From Kofleriaceae bacterium (GTDB lineage Bacteria; Myxococcota_A; Polyangia; Haliangiales; Haliangiaceae): a stretch of 64,000 bases of DNA. The first letter of the stretch is position 1; each line of letters starts with the position of its first letter. Made by a program: the position numbers and the translations under genes. The stretch is from NCBI GenBank assembly GCA_035539655.1, contig DATLIC010000119.1, positions 29,257 through 93,256 on the forward strand. Direction: 5' to 3'. A model generated the notes under the pieces. That model was not told where the DNA came from and searched no databases. It saw only the letters and a program-made list of their open reading frames with translations. Positions 52,505 through 61,191 of this stretch are shown piece by piece.

Positions 52505-53224
52505 GTGCTGGCGCTGATCTCGGCGATGCACGAGGAGCTGGCCGCGATCGTGGCGATGATCGACCGCGAGCGCGTGATCACGGTCGGCGGCCGCGAGCTG
52601 CACGTCGGGACCTGTGGCGGCGAGCAGGTGGTCGCGGTGGTGAGCCGGATCGGCAAGGTCGCGGCGGCGGCGACCACGGCGATCCTGCTCGAGCGGTTCG
52701 CGCCGCGCGCCGTCGTGATGACCGGCCTCGCGGGCGCGATCGATCCCGCGCTTGCAGTCGGCGACATCGTGATCGCGGACCGCCTGATCCAGCACGATCT
52801 CGACGCGCGCCCGCTGTTCCCGCAGCACGAGGTGCCGCTGCTCGGCGTCGCGGAGCTGCACGCGGACCCCGCCCTGCGCGAGCGCCTGGCCCGCGCCGCC
52901 GGCGGGATCGCCGTCACGGACGAGCTGCGCGCGCTCGGGATCACGCGCCCACAGGTCGTGCACGGAATGATCGCGTCGGGCGACCAGTTCTTCCGCTCGC
53001 TCGATCAGGTCCAGGCGCTCCGCGCCCTCTTGCCCGAGGTCGTCGCCGTCGAGATGGAGGGCGCCGCCGTCGCGCAGGTCTGCCACGAGCACGGCGTCCC
53101 GTTCGCCGTCGCCCGCGTGATCAGCGACACCGCCGACCACGCCGCGCCTGTGGACTTCGCACGGTTCCTCTCGGTGGCGTGCGGTCCCTACGCCCGCACC
53201 CTGGTCGAAGGCGTCCTGGGGTAG
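52505..53224 (+). CDS. mtnN: 5'-methylthioadenosine/S-adenosylhomocysteine nucleosidase
   Basis: The 239 aa are collinear with E. coli MtnN/Pfs from memory: ISAMHEEL, SRIGKVAAAATTAILLE, VVMTGLAGAI, GDIVIAD, ASGDQF, VAVEMEGAAVAQVC, VARVISDTAD. The GTG start lies 4 nt after the helicase stop. Confidence 0.9.
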   Translation: MLALISAMHEELAAIVAMIDRERVITVGGRELHVGTCGGEQVVAVVSRIGKVAAAATTAILLERFAPRAVVMTGLAGAIDPALAVGDIVIADRLIQHDLDARPLFPQHEVPLLGVAELHADPALRERLARAAGGIAVTDELRALGITRPQVVHGMIASGDQFFRSLDQVQALRALLPEVVAVEMEGAAVAQVCHEHGVPFAVARVISDTADHAAPVDFARFLSVACGPYARTLVEGVLG

Positions 53225-53237
53225 CATCGAAAGCACC

Positions 53238-54263
53238 GTGGCCGAGCCCGCTCTCTGTGAACCCTCGCCATCACCGCGAGTCGATCCAGCTAGCGATCCG
53301 CTGGTCAGCGTCGTCGAGCTCGACTTCAAGACCAAGACGCACCGCAAGCTCGCCGTCGACGAGGTCAAGGGGGCGATGGAGGCGGGCAAGTTCGTGTGGA
53401 TCGACATCGACGTCGCGCAGACCGAGGAGGCGCGCAAGCTCCTCGCCAGGCTCGCGCTCGTCGAGACGGAGATCGTCGAGGACGCGCTGAGCCGCGAGCC
53501 GGCCACGCAGATCGGCCGCTACGAGGACTATCTCCACCTCGTGCTCTCGGGCTGCCGGCTGGTCGGGCACAAGTTCGACCTCGAACGCGTCGACGTCTCG
53601 ATCGGCGAGAACTTCATGCTGACCCTGCACAAGGGGCAGCCCGTGTTCCTCGAGGCCGTCCGCAAGTCGTACATCAAGGACTTCGTCCGCTTCGCGCAGA
53701 GCCCGAGTTTTCTAATGTACGAGCTTTGGGACCACCTGATCGAGAACTACCTCGCCGTGCACAAGAAGTTCGAGGAGCGCGTCGACGAGGTCCAGCGGCG
53801 GCTCGTCGGCGAGGTCGACGAGACCGTGTTCGGCGAGGCCTCCGAGCTCGGCGCCGACCTCCTGCACCTGCGCAAGATCGTGCTGCCCGCGCGCGCGGTG
53901 CTCACCGAGCTCTCGACCCGCAAGTCGCCGTTCGTCAGCGAAGCGACGCAGCCGTACCTCGGCAACATGGTCGGCACCGTCGAGCGCGTGCTGCAGGACG
54001 TGCTCGTCGATCGCGACATCCTCTCCGGCTCGCTCAATAACTACATGTCCCTGGTCGCGCACAAGACCAACAAGGTGATGAGGCGGCTGACCGTCGTCAG
54101 CATCATCTTCCTGCCGCTGACGTTCTTGTGCGGTGTCTACGGTATGAACTTCGACGTGCTGCCCGAGCTTCATTGGGAGCTCGGGTATGCGCTGTTCTGG
54201 GGCGCGGTGCTGGTGATCGTCGGCGGCCTACTGTGGGTCATGCGCCGCAACAAGCTGCTCTGA
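53238..54263 (+). CDS. corA: CorA-family divalent metal ion transporter
   Basis: 341-aa ORF with a cytoplasmic alpha/beta plus coiled-coil domain, two C-terminal TM helices and the signature YGMNF between them (IIFLPLTFLCGVYGMNFDVLPE). The GTG start lies 13 nt after the mtnN stop. Confidence 0.9.
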   Translation: MAEPALCEPSPSPRVDPASDPLVSVVELDFKTKTHRKLAVDEVKGAMEAGKFVWIDIDVAQTEEARKLLARLALVETEIVEDALSREPATQIGRYEDYLHLVLSGCRLVGHKFDLERVDVSIGENFMLTLHKGQPVFLEAVRKSYIKDFVRFAQSPSFLMYELWDHLIENYLAVHKKFEERVDEVQRRLVGEVDETVFGEASELGADLLHLRKIVLPARAVLTELSTRKSPFVSEATQPYLGNMVGTVERVLQDVLVDRDILSGSLNNYMSLVAHKTNKVMRRLTVVSIIFLPLTFLCGVYGMNFDVLPELHWELGYALFWGAVLVIVGGLLWVMRRNKLL

Positions 54264-54275
54264 GCTTGCTCGCCC

Positions 54276-55223
54276 TCAGTCGGCGAGCGCGGCGACCTGC
54301 TTCTCGTACTCGGGCTGCGTGATCTCGCCGGCCTTTCGCTGGTCGTTGAGTCGAGCGAGCTTGATGCTCGTCGCCTCCTGCTTGGCGTCGATCGTGGCCT
54401 TCTGCTGTGCGTACGCCTCCTTGCCCACCTTCTGCATCGCCTTCAGGTCCTTCTTGAGCTGACCGACGTCGTCCTTGGCGCCAGCCTCGAAGTAGCGGTT
54501 CGCGATCCTTCCGAGCGCCCACGTCGTCGCGAACGCCGAGGTCGCGCCGAACGCGCTGCCCCACACCGGCACGAGCTTCGCGAGGTTCGACACCGCGATC
54601 CGCGCCCCGGTGCCGAGACCGAGGCCGGCGAGCAGCGTCTTCGCGGCCTCCTTGTCGACCTTGTGGCCCCAGTACTGGCCGATGTCGCGGACGAGCTTGA
54701 CCTGGAGCGCGACGATCGCGAGGTCCGTCGCGATGGCGATCCCCGGGACGGGGAAGGCGCCGAGCACCGCGCTCATGACCGAGTACTTGAGCACGTCCTG
54801 ATCGATCTCCTTCCCCCGGCGCGCGGCGTCCGCGATCGGCTCGATGTTGCTCGGCAGCAGCGTGTCCTTGGCCTCGTCGAGCAGGCGCTTGGTCGACGTC
54901 ACCTTGGCGTCGTCGATCCCGAACGTCGCGCGCAGCTTGTCGAGCAGCGCTTGCTCGCTGGGGGTCGCGGTGCCGTCGGCGTGGATCATGCTGTACGCCG
55001 ACAGCCACAGCTGGTCGCGCGCCTCGGCCGAGGTGACCTCGGCGAGCACCTTGTCGAAGTCGATCTTCTCGTCGAGGAACGGCTGGAGCTCGCCGGCATC
55101 CGGCAGCGTGTCCAGGGCTGCCGCCAGCGACTCCCGTTCCTCCGCGGTGATCGTGCCGTCCGCCTTCGCCACCGCGACCAGCGCCCGGAGGCACGCTCTG
55201 CACTCGTTCGTGTTGTCTCGCAT
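54276..55223 (-). CDS. TerB-like N-terminal domain, DUF697-like membrane-associated domain and SHOCT-like C-terminal tail
   Basis: 315-aa ORF. The TerB-like repeats are LVAVAKADGTITAEERESL and MIHADGTATPSEQALLDKL. The DUF697-like core is SAVLGAFPVPGIAIATDLAIVALQVKLVRDIGQYWG. The tail GEITQPEYEKQVAALAD resembles SHOCT. Domain names come from memory of family consensus. Confidence 0.75.
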   Translation of the reverse strand: MRDNTNECRACLRALVAVAKADGTITAEERESLAAALDTLPDAGELQPFLDEKIDFDKVLAEVTSAEARDQLWLSAYSMIHADGTATPSEQALLDKLRATFGIDDAKVTSTKRLLDEAKDTLLPSNIEPIADAARRGKEIDQDVLKYSVMSAVLGAFPVPGIAIATDLAIVALQVKLVRDIGQYWGHKVDKEAAKTLLAGLGLGTGARIAVSNLAKLVPVWGSAFGATSAFATTWALGRIANRYFEAGAKDDVGQLKKDLKAMQKVGKEAYAQQKATIDAKQEATSIKLARLNDQRKAGEITQPEYEKQVAALAD

Positions 55224-55401
55224 TCCGACAAAGACGGGGAGGTTCGGGAAACGTTCAGGGGCGAAGCTCGACGATGCGCTGACGCAGGATGCGTCGGTGC
55301 CCGGCAGATCGCGTCAGTGGTCCGCGCGGGAGTGTGCACGCAGCGGGTCCTTGACGCGATCTTGAGCTGGCTGTTCGAGTGGTCTCGGTACTCTCGCGTG
55401 C

Positions 55402-56544
55402 ATGAAGGCTGGCACCTGGAGCACGGCATGGCTTGTGCTTGCCTCCGCCGCGACCGCGCACGGCGAACAGCCGGAGACGAAGGTCACCGTCGGTGCCTAC
55501 GTCGAGACGTACTATCAGCTCAACTTCCGCACGCCGTCGAACGGCATCACTAACCTGCGCGGCTTCGACAACCGCGAGCGCACGTTCACGATCGAGAATG
55601 CAGCGATCGATGTCAAAGGCGAGCGAGGCGGGCTGACCGGCCGCGTGGTCCTGCAGATCGGCGCGACACCGTCGACCTACTATCTCGCCGAGCCCGCGCT
55701 GCCGGGGACGGTCGGCGTCAATGCGACCGGGCCCGAGCTCTGGAAGTATCTGCAGCAGGCGACGTTCGGTTACACGACCGCGAACAAGATCGTCGTCGAG
55801 GGCGGCCTGTTCCCGTCTCCGATCGGCCCCGAGGTCATCCCGATCAAGGACAACTGGAACTGGTCGCGATCGAATCTTTTTCTCGGGCTGCCCTTCTATC
55901 ACACGGGTGCGCGGGTCGCCGTGCCGCTCGGCGGTGGCTGGGTCGGCACGCTGCACGCGTACGCGGGCTGGAACAGCGTCGTCGACAACAACGACTACCC
56001 GATGGTCGGCGCGTCGGCGTTCTATACGGGCGACAAGATCTCTGTGCAGCTCATGTACTGCGGCGGTATCGAGCGGCCGACCGGCGCGCCCGAGGGCAAG
56101 CCGTGGCGCAACTTATTCGACGCGTACGCGACACTCCAGGTCACCGACGAACTGTCCATTCTGGGGCAGGTCGACGCAGGGTTCGAGCCCAATAACTTCG
56201 GCACCAGCGGTTGGCTCGCGGGCGCCCTGTACGCGAAGTACGAAGTGACGCCGGCGCTCTACGTCGCCGGGCGTGGCGATTACTTCCGCGAGCGCGTCGC
56301 CGGTGAAGGCGCGATGAACGCCGGCCCCCTGTTCTGGCCGAGCAAGTGGATTGCCTCGGGAACCGGGACGTTCGCGTACCAGCCACTCACCGGGCTGTCG
56401 GTGCGCCTCGAGTACCGCCACGATCAAGCGCAGGACGATTCGTTCTTCGGCGGCGGCGTCGAGGGCGACGGCGTGACGGTGCCGTTCGTGCCCAACCGCA
56501 AGGCGCAGGACACGCTTACGCTGGGCGCCGCCGCCTCGTTCTGA
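55402..56544 (+). CDS. Outer-membrane beta-barrel porin-like protein immediately upstream of kdp
   Basis: 380-aa ORF with a signal peptide (WLVLASAATAHG), alternating hydrophobic beta-strand pattern with frequent aromatic girdle residues, and a C-terminal ...LTLGAAASF ending in Phe, as in OMP sorting signals. Confidence 0.75.
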   Translation: MKAGTWSTAWLVLASAATAHGEQPETKVTVGAYVETYYQLNFRTPSNGITNLRGFDNRERTFTIENAAIDVKGERGGLTGRVVLQIGATPSTYYLAEPALPGTVGVNATGPELWKYLQQATFGYTTANKIVVEGGLFPSPIGPEVIPIKDNWNWSRSNLFLGLPFYHTGARVAVPLGGGWVGTLHAYAGWNSVVDNNDYPMVGASAFYTGDKISVQLMYCGGIERPTGAPEGKPWRNLFDAYATLQVTDELSILGQVDAGFEPNNFGTSGWLAGALYAKYEVTPALYVAGRGDYFRERVAGEGAMNAGPLFWPSKWIASGTGTFAYQPLTGLSVRLEYRHDQAQDDSFFGGGVEGDGVTVPFVPNRKAQDTLTLGAAASF

Positions 56545-56557
56545 CTACGGCGGCGAA

Positions 56558-56596
56558 TTGACAGCGTGTTGGCGCGGCCTTGACGGGTTCTTGACC
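56558..56596 (+). promoter_or_regulatory. Three helically phased TTGAC repeats upstream of the kdp operon (candidate KdpE/OmpR-family site and/or -35 elements)
   Basis: TTGACA sits at 56558-56563, TTGACG at 56580-56585 and TTGACC at 56591-56596. The spacings are 22 and 11 bp. Confidence 0.35.
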
Positions 56597-56624
56597 GGCG
56601 CGGCGTTAGCAAGAGGGAACTCCG

Positions 56625-56717
56625 ATGGACGCGCTCTACGTGTTGCTGACCGTCGTCCTGCTGCTCGTGACCCTCTGGATGCTCCGGCTGTTTAGCCGGA
56701 TGGAGACGGAGCGCTGA
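56625..56717 (+). CDS. 30-aa hydrophobic small ORF preceding kdpF (candidate extra Kdp-associated micropeptide)
   Basis: It is too short for the ORF track. aagaggga lies 6-13 nt upstream of ATG 56625. The peptide is MDALYVLLTVVLLLVTLWMLRLFSRMETER. Its TGA shares one base with the kdpF ATG (TGATG). Confidence 0.35.
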   Translation: MDALYVLLTVVLLLVTLWMLRLFSRMETER

Positions 56718-56809
56718 TGTCAGCCTTGTTCGTCCTCGCGGGCGTGCTGGCGATCGGCCTGACGCTCTACCTGTTCGTCGCGCTGTTCTATCCGGAGAAG
56801 CTGCAATGA
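56717..56809 (+). CDS. kdpF: K+-transporting ATPase subunit F
   Basis: It is too short for the ORF track. [30 protein letters not shown] has the length, single TM helix and YL..AL..PEK pattern of KdpF. The stop overlaps the kdpA ATG (ATGA). Confidence 0.8.
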   Translation: MSALFVLAGVLAIGLTLYLFVALFYPEKLQ

Positions 56810-58569
56810 GCACCGCCGGCATCGTGCAGATCGTGATGTTCTGGCTCGTACTGGTCGCCTTCGCGATCCCTCTGGGCGCGTACATGGCGCGCGTCTACGA
56901 CGGCAACGCGAGGATCGCGCAGAAGATCCTCGGTCCGCTCGAGCGGCTGCTCTATCGCATGTTCGGCGTCAAACCAGGGCGCGAGCAGAGCTGGCAGCGC
57001 TACGCGGTGTGCGTGCTCGTGTTCAACGTGCTCGGGCTGTTGCTCGTCTACGGCCTGCAGCGGGTTCAGACGGTGCTTCCCGGCAATCCAAACGATCTGC
57101 CCGCGGTCGATCCGCGCGTCGCGTGGAACACCGCCGTCAGCTTCGCCAGCAACACGAACTGGCAGACGTACGGCGGCGAGTCGACGATGAGCCACACCGT
57201 CCAGGCGATCGCGCTCGGCGTGCAGAACTTCGTGTCGGCGGCCACCGGCATGGCCGTGCTCGCGGCGTTGATCCGCGGCCTCCGCAGCCGCAAGGCCGAG
57301 GAGGTCGGCAACTTCTGGGTCGACCTCACGCGCTCGACGGTCTACGTGCTGCTGCCGCTCTCGCTCATCCTCGCCGTGTTTCTCGTCTCGCAAGGTGTGC
57401 CGCAGACGCTGCATGGTCACGCGACCACGCACCTGATTGATGCGACGTCGCAGACGGTCGACCACGTCACGCAGACCGTCACCCAACAGAACATCGCTGT
57501 CGGGCCCGTGGCATCGCAGGTCGCGATCAAGCAGCTCGGCACGAATGGAGGCGGCTTCTATAACGTGAACTCGGCGCACCCGCTCGAGAACCCGACGCCG
57601 CTGTCGAACTTCTTCCAGTGCCTCGCGATCCTGCTGATCCCGGCCGCGCTGTGCTTCACGTTCGGCAGGATGCTCGAGTCGCGGCGCCACGCGTGGGCGC
57701 TGCTGATCACGATGACGGTACTGGTCGCGCCGTTCCTCGTGCTCGCCGAGTACGCCGAGCAGCGGCCGAACGCCGCGCTCGTCGACCTTCCCGTCGATCA
57801 GTACGGAAGCGACCTGCAGTCGGGCGGCAACATGGAGGGCAAGGAGGTCCGCTACGGCATCAGCGCATCGGCGCTGTGGGCGACGGCGACGACCGCCGCG
57901 TCGAACGGCTCGGTGAACTCGATGCACGACAGCTACTCGCCGCTCGGCGGCATGGCGCCGATGGTGCTGATGCAGCTCGGCGAGGTCGCGTTCGGCGGCG
58001 TCGGCTCCGGTCTGTATGGCCTCTTGATGTTCGCGATCGTCGCGGTGTTCATCTCCGGCCTCATGGTCGGGAGAACACCCGAGCTCCTGGGCAAGAAGAT
58101 CGAGGCGTTCGAGATGAAGATGGCCACGCTTGCCATCCTCGTTCCTTGTCTCGCCGTGCTCGCGGGCACCGCGCTCGCATGTCTCTCGGGGGAGACCAAG
58201 GGCGTGCTCAATAACCCCGGGACGCACGGGTTCTCCGAGATCCTCTATGCGTTCTCGTCGATGGGAAACAACAACGGCTCCGCGTTCGCCGGCCTCACCG
58301 CGAGCAAGACGTTCTACGCGACCGCGGGCGGCATCTGCATGTTCATCGCGCGCTACTGGATCATCGTTCCGGTCCTCGCGATCGCCGGCTCGCTGGCGCG
58401 CAAGAAGATCGTACCGCCCTCGTCGGGCACGCTGCCCACCGACGGGCCGCTGTTCGTGGTGCTGCTCGTCGGTACCGTGCTGCTCGTCGGCGCGCTGACG
58501 TTCGTGCCCGCGCTGGCGCTCGGCCCGATCGCCGAGCACCTCCAGCTCGCGAGGGGAGGTGCGCCGTGA
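56806..58569 (+). CDS. kdpA: K+-transporting ATPase subunit A
   Basis: 587-aa polytopic ORF with KdpA blocks: [39 protein letters not shown]. Confidence 0.97.
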   Translation: MSTAGIVQIVMFWLVLVAFAIPLGAYMARVYDGNARIAQKILGPLERLLYRMFGVKPGREQSWQRYAVCVLVFNVLGLLLVYGLQRVQTVLPGNPNDLPAVDPRVAWNTAVSFASNTNWQTYGGESTMSHTVQAIALGVQNFVSAATGMAVLAALIRGLRSRKAEEVGNFWVDLTRSTVYVLLPLSLILAVFLVSQGVPQTLHGHATTHLIDATSQTVDHVTQTVTQQNIAVGPVASQVAIKQLGTNGGGFYNVNSAHPLENPTPLSNFFQCLAILLIPAALCFTFGRMLESRRHAWALLITMTVLVAPFLVLAEYAEQRPNAALVDLPVDQYGSDLQSGGNMEGKEVRYGISASALWATATTAASNGSVNSMHDSYSPLGGMAPMVLMQLGEVAFGGVGSGLYGLLMFAIVAVFISGLMVGRTPELLGKKIEAFEMKMATLAILVPCLAVLAGTALACLSGETKGVLNNPGTHGFSEILYAFSSMGNNNGSAFAGLTASKTFYATAGGICMFIARYWIIVPVLAIAGSLARKKIVPPSSGTLPTDGPLFVVLLVGTVLLVGALTFVPALALGPIAEHLQLARGGAP

Positions 58570-60617
58570 CTGGACCACGCCGCGACAAGGCCGCGGGCGC
58601 GCGCCCGCTGTTCGATCCGTCGATCGTCAAGCGTGCGATCACCGAGTCGTTCGGCAAGCTCGACCCGCGCCGGATGATCAAGAACCCGGTGATGTTCGTC
58701 GTCGAGATCGGCAGCGTGTTCACGACGCTGCTGTTCATCCACGCACTCGTGACCGGCGCCGGCGATGCGTCCCCCGGGTTCATCGCCGCGGTCTCGCTCT
58801 GGCTCTGGTTCACGGTGCTGTTCGCGAACTTCGCCGAGGCGATGGCCGAAGGCCGCGGCAAGGCGCAGGCCGATAGCCTGCGCAAGGCGCGCCGTGCGGT
58901 GATGGCGTTCAAGCTCGCCGAGCCGCATCGGGATGCCGCACACACCGAGGTGCAATCGTCCGAACTCGCCGCCGGTGATCACGTGCTTGTCTCCGCGAGC
59001 CAGACCATCCCGTGCGACGGCGAGATCGTGGCCGGCGTCGCGTCCGTCGACGAGAGCGCGATCACCGGCGGCACGCGCGTGCTATCGGACTGGCTCGTCA
59101 TCCGCATCACCGCCGCACCGGGGCAAACCTTCCTCGATCGCATGATCGCGATGGTCGAGGGCGCGAAGCGCAAGAAGACGCCGAACGAGATCGCGCTCGA
59201 CATCCTGCTCGCCGGCCTGACGCTCATCTTCCTGCTCGTCACCGTCACGCTGCTGCCGATGTCGCGGTTCGCCGTCGAGGCGACCGGGCGAGGGACGCCG
59301 GTGACGCTGACCGTGCTCGTCGCACTGCTGGTCTGCCTGATCCCGACGACGATCGGCGGCCTGCTATCCGCGATCGGCATCGCCGGCATGGATCGGATGA
59401 TCCAGGCCAACGTGATCGCGACCTCGGGGCGTGCCGTCGAGGCGGCCGGCGATGTCGACACGCTGCTGCTCGACAAGACCGGCACGATCACGCACGGCAA
59501 TCGGCAGGCGACGAAGTTCCTGCCCGCGAGGGGCGTGGCCGAGGCCGCGCTCGCGGAGGCGGCCACGCTCGCCTCGTTGGCGGACGACACGCCCGAGGGC
59601 AAGAGCATCGTCGCGCTCGGCGCCGCGGTGCTCGGACGCACGGTCGTGCTGCCCGAGGGCGCCAAGCCGCTCGCGTTCACCGCGCAGACCAGGATGAGCG
59701 GCATCGAGATCGACGGTCACCCGCATCGCGACGTCCACACGATCCGCAAGGGGGCGAGCGATGCGATCTCGCGCCACGTCGCCAGCCTCGGCGCCCTGCT
59801 GCCGGCCGACGTGCGCGCACAGGTCGATGCTGTCGCCAAGCAGGGCGCGACGCCGTTGGTCGTGGCGTCGGATGCCCGCGTGCTCGGCGTCGTGCAGCTC
59901 GCCGACGTCGTCAAGATCGGTATCCGCGAGCGGTTCGCCGAGATGCGGGCGATGGGCATCAAGACCGTGATGATCACGGGCGACAATTCGCTGACCGCCG
60001 CCGCGATCGCGGTCGAGGCGGGCGTCGACGACTTCCTCGCCGAGGCCACGCCCGAGGCGAAGCTCGCGATGATCCGCGACTACCAGGACAAGGGGCATCT
60101 CGTCGCGATGACGGGCGACGGCACCAACGACGCCCCTGCGCTCGCGCAGGCCGACGTCGCGGTCGCGATGAACAGCGGCACGCAGGCGGCGAAGGAGGCC
60201 GGCAACATGGTCGACCTCGACTCCAACCCGACCAAGCTGCTCGAGGTCGTCGCCGTCGGCAAGCAGATGCTGATGACGCGCGGTGCGTTGACGACGTTCT
60301 CGATCGCGAACGATGTCTCGAAGTACTTCGCGATCATTCCGGCCGCGTTCGTCGGGACCTATCCGCAGCTCGAGGCGTTGAACATCATGGGCCTCCACTC
60401 GCCGACGAGCGCGGTGCTGTCGGCCGTGATCTTCAACGCGCTGATCATCATCGGCCTGATCCCGATCGCCCTGCGCGGTCTCACGGTGCGGGCGGCCCCC
60501 GCGGCCGTGGTCCTGCGCCGGAATCTGGTGAAGTTCGGCCTCGGCGGCCTGCTGTTGCCGTTCCCGTTCATCAAGCTCATCGACTGGCTGATCACCACCA
60601 CGGGGCTCGTGTCATGA
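58566..60617 (+). CDS. kdpB: K+-transporting P-type ATPase subunit B (the TGES actuator loop appears deleted)
   Basis: 683-aa ORF collinear with E. coli KdpB: [75 protein letters not shown]. However, DESAITG is followed directly by GTRVLSDW. Confidence 0.95.
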   Translation: MTGPRRDKAAGARPLFDPSIVKRAITESFGKLDPRRMIKNPVMFVVEIGSVFTTLLFIHALVTGAGDASPGFIAAVSLWLWFTVLFANFAEAMAEGRGKAQADSLRKARRAVMAFKLAEPHRDAAHTEVQSSELAAGDHVLVSASQTIPCDGEIVAGVASVDESAITGGTRVLSDWLVIRITAAPGQTFLDRMIAMVEGAKRKKTPNEIALDILLAGLTLIFLLVTVTLLPMSRFAVEATGRGTPVTLTVLVALLVCLIPTTIGGLLSAIGIAGMDRMIQANVIATSGRAVEAAGDVDTLLLDKTGTITHGNRQATKFLPARGVAEAALAEAATLASLADDTPEGKSIVALGAAVLGRTVVLPEGAKPLAFTAQTRMSGIEIDGHPHRDVHTIRKGASDAISRHVASLGALLPADVRAQVDAVAKQGATPLVVASDARVLGVVQLADVVKIGIRERFAEMRAMGIKTVMITGDNSLTAAAIAVEAGVDDFLAEATPEAKLAMIRDYQDKGHLVAMTGDGTNDAPALAQADVAVAMNSGTQAAKEAGNMVDLDSNPTKLLEVVAVGKQMLMTRGALTTFSIANDVSKYFAIIPAAFVGTYPQLEALNIMGLHSPTSAVLSAVIFNALIIIGLIPIALRGLTVRAAPAAVVLRRNLVKFGLGGLLLPFPFIKLIDWLITTTGLVS

Positions 60618-61180
60618 AGCAAGACCTCATCACCTCCCTGCGCGCCGCGATCGTGAGCCTGCTCGCGTTCACGGTGCTCACGGGAATTGTCTATCCGGCG
60701 CTTGTTCTCGCGATCGGTCAGGTCGCGTTCTCGCGGCAGGCCAATGGTGATCCTCAGCTCGTCGGCCAGGGATTCACCAGCCCGGCGTACTTCTGGAGTC
60801 GTCCGTCGGCGGTCGGGCCGTTCCCCTACAACGCAATGACGTCGTCGGGCGCAAACCAGGGCATGAACAACCCGGCGCTGCACGAAGCCGTGGCCGAGCG
60901 CATCACGGCGCTGCAGGCCGCGGACCCGGGCAATACCGAGAAGGTGCCGAGCGATCTCGTCACGGCCTCGGCCTCGGGGCTCGACCCGCACATCACGCCG
61001 GCGGGCGCGTACTACCAGGCGCCTCGCATCGCGCGGCTGCGCGGACTCTCGGTCGATGCCGTGCGTACGCTGATCGCGGACCATACCGAGGACCGGACCC
61101 TCGGGTTCCTCGGCGAGCCGCGGGTGAACGTCGTGGCCCTCAACCGGGCCCTCGATGCGAGGACGCGGCCCCCGCGGTAG
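60614..61180 (+). CDS. kdpC: K+-transporting ATPase subunit C
   Basis: ATG 60614 overlaps the kdpB stop, inside track ORF 59012..61180. It has an N-terminal TM helix and the KdpC blocks [31 protein letters not shown] and [11 protein letters not shown]. Confidence 0.93.
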   Translation: MKQDLITSLRAAIVSLLAFTVLTGIVYPALVLAIGQVAFSRQANGDPQLVGQGFTSPAYFWSRPSAVGPFPYNAMTSSGANQGMNNPALHEAVAERITALQAADPGNTEKVPSDLVTASASGLDPHITPAGAYYQAPRIARLRGLSVDAVRTLIADHTEDRTLGFLGEPRVNVVALNRALDARTRPPR

Positions 61181-61191
61181 AGTGCGCCTAC

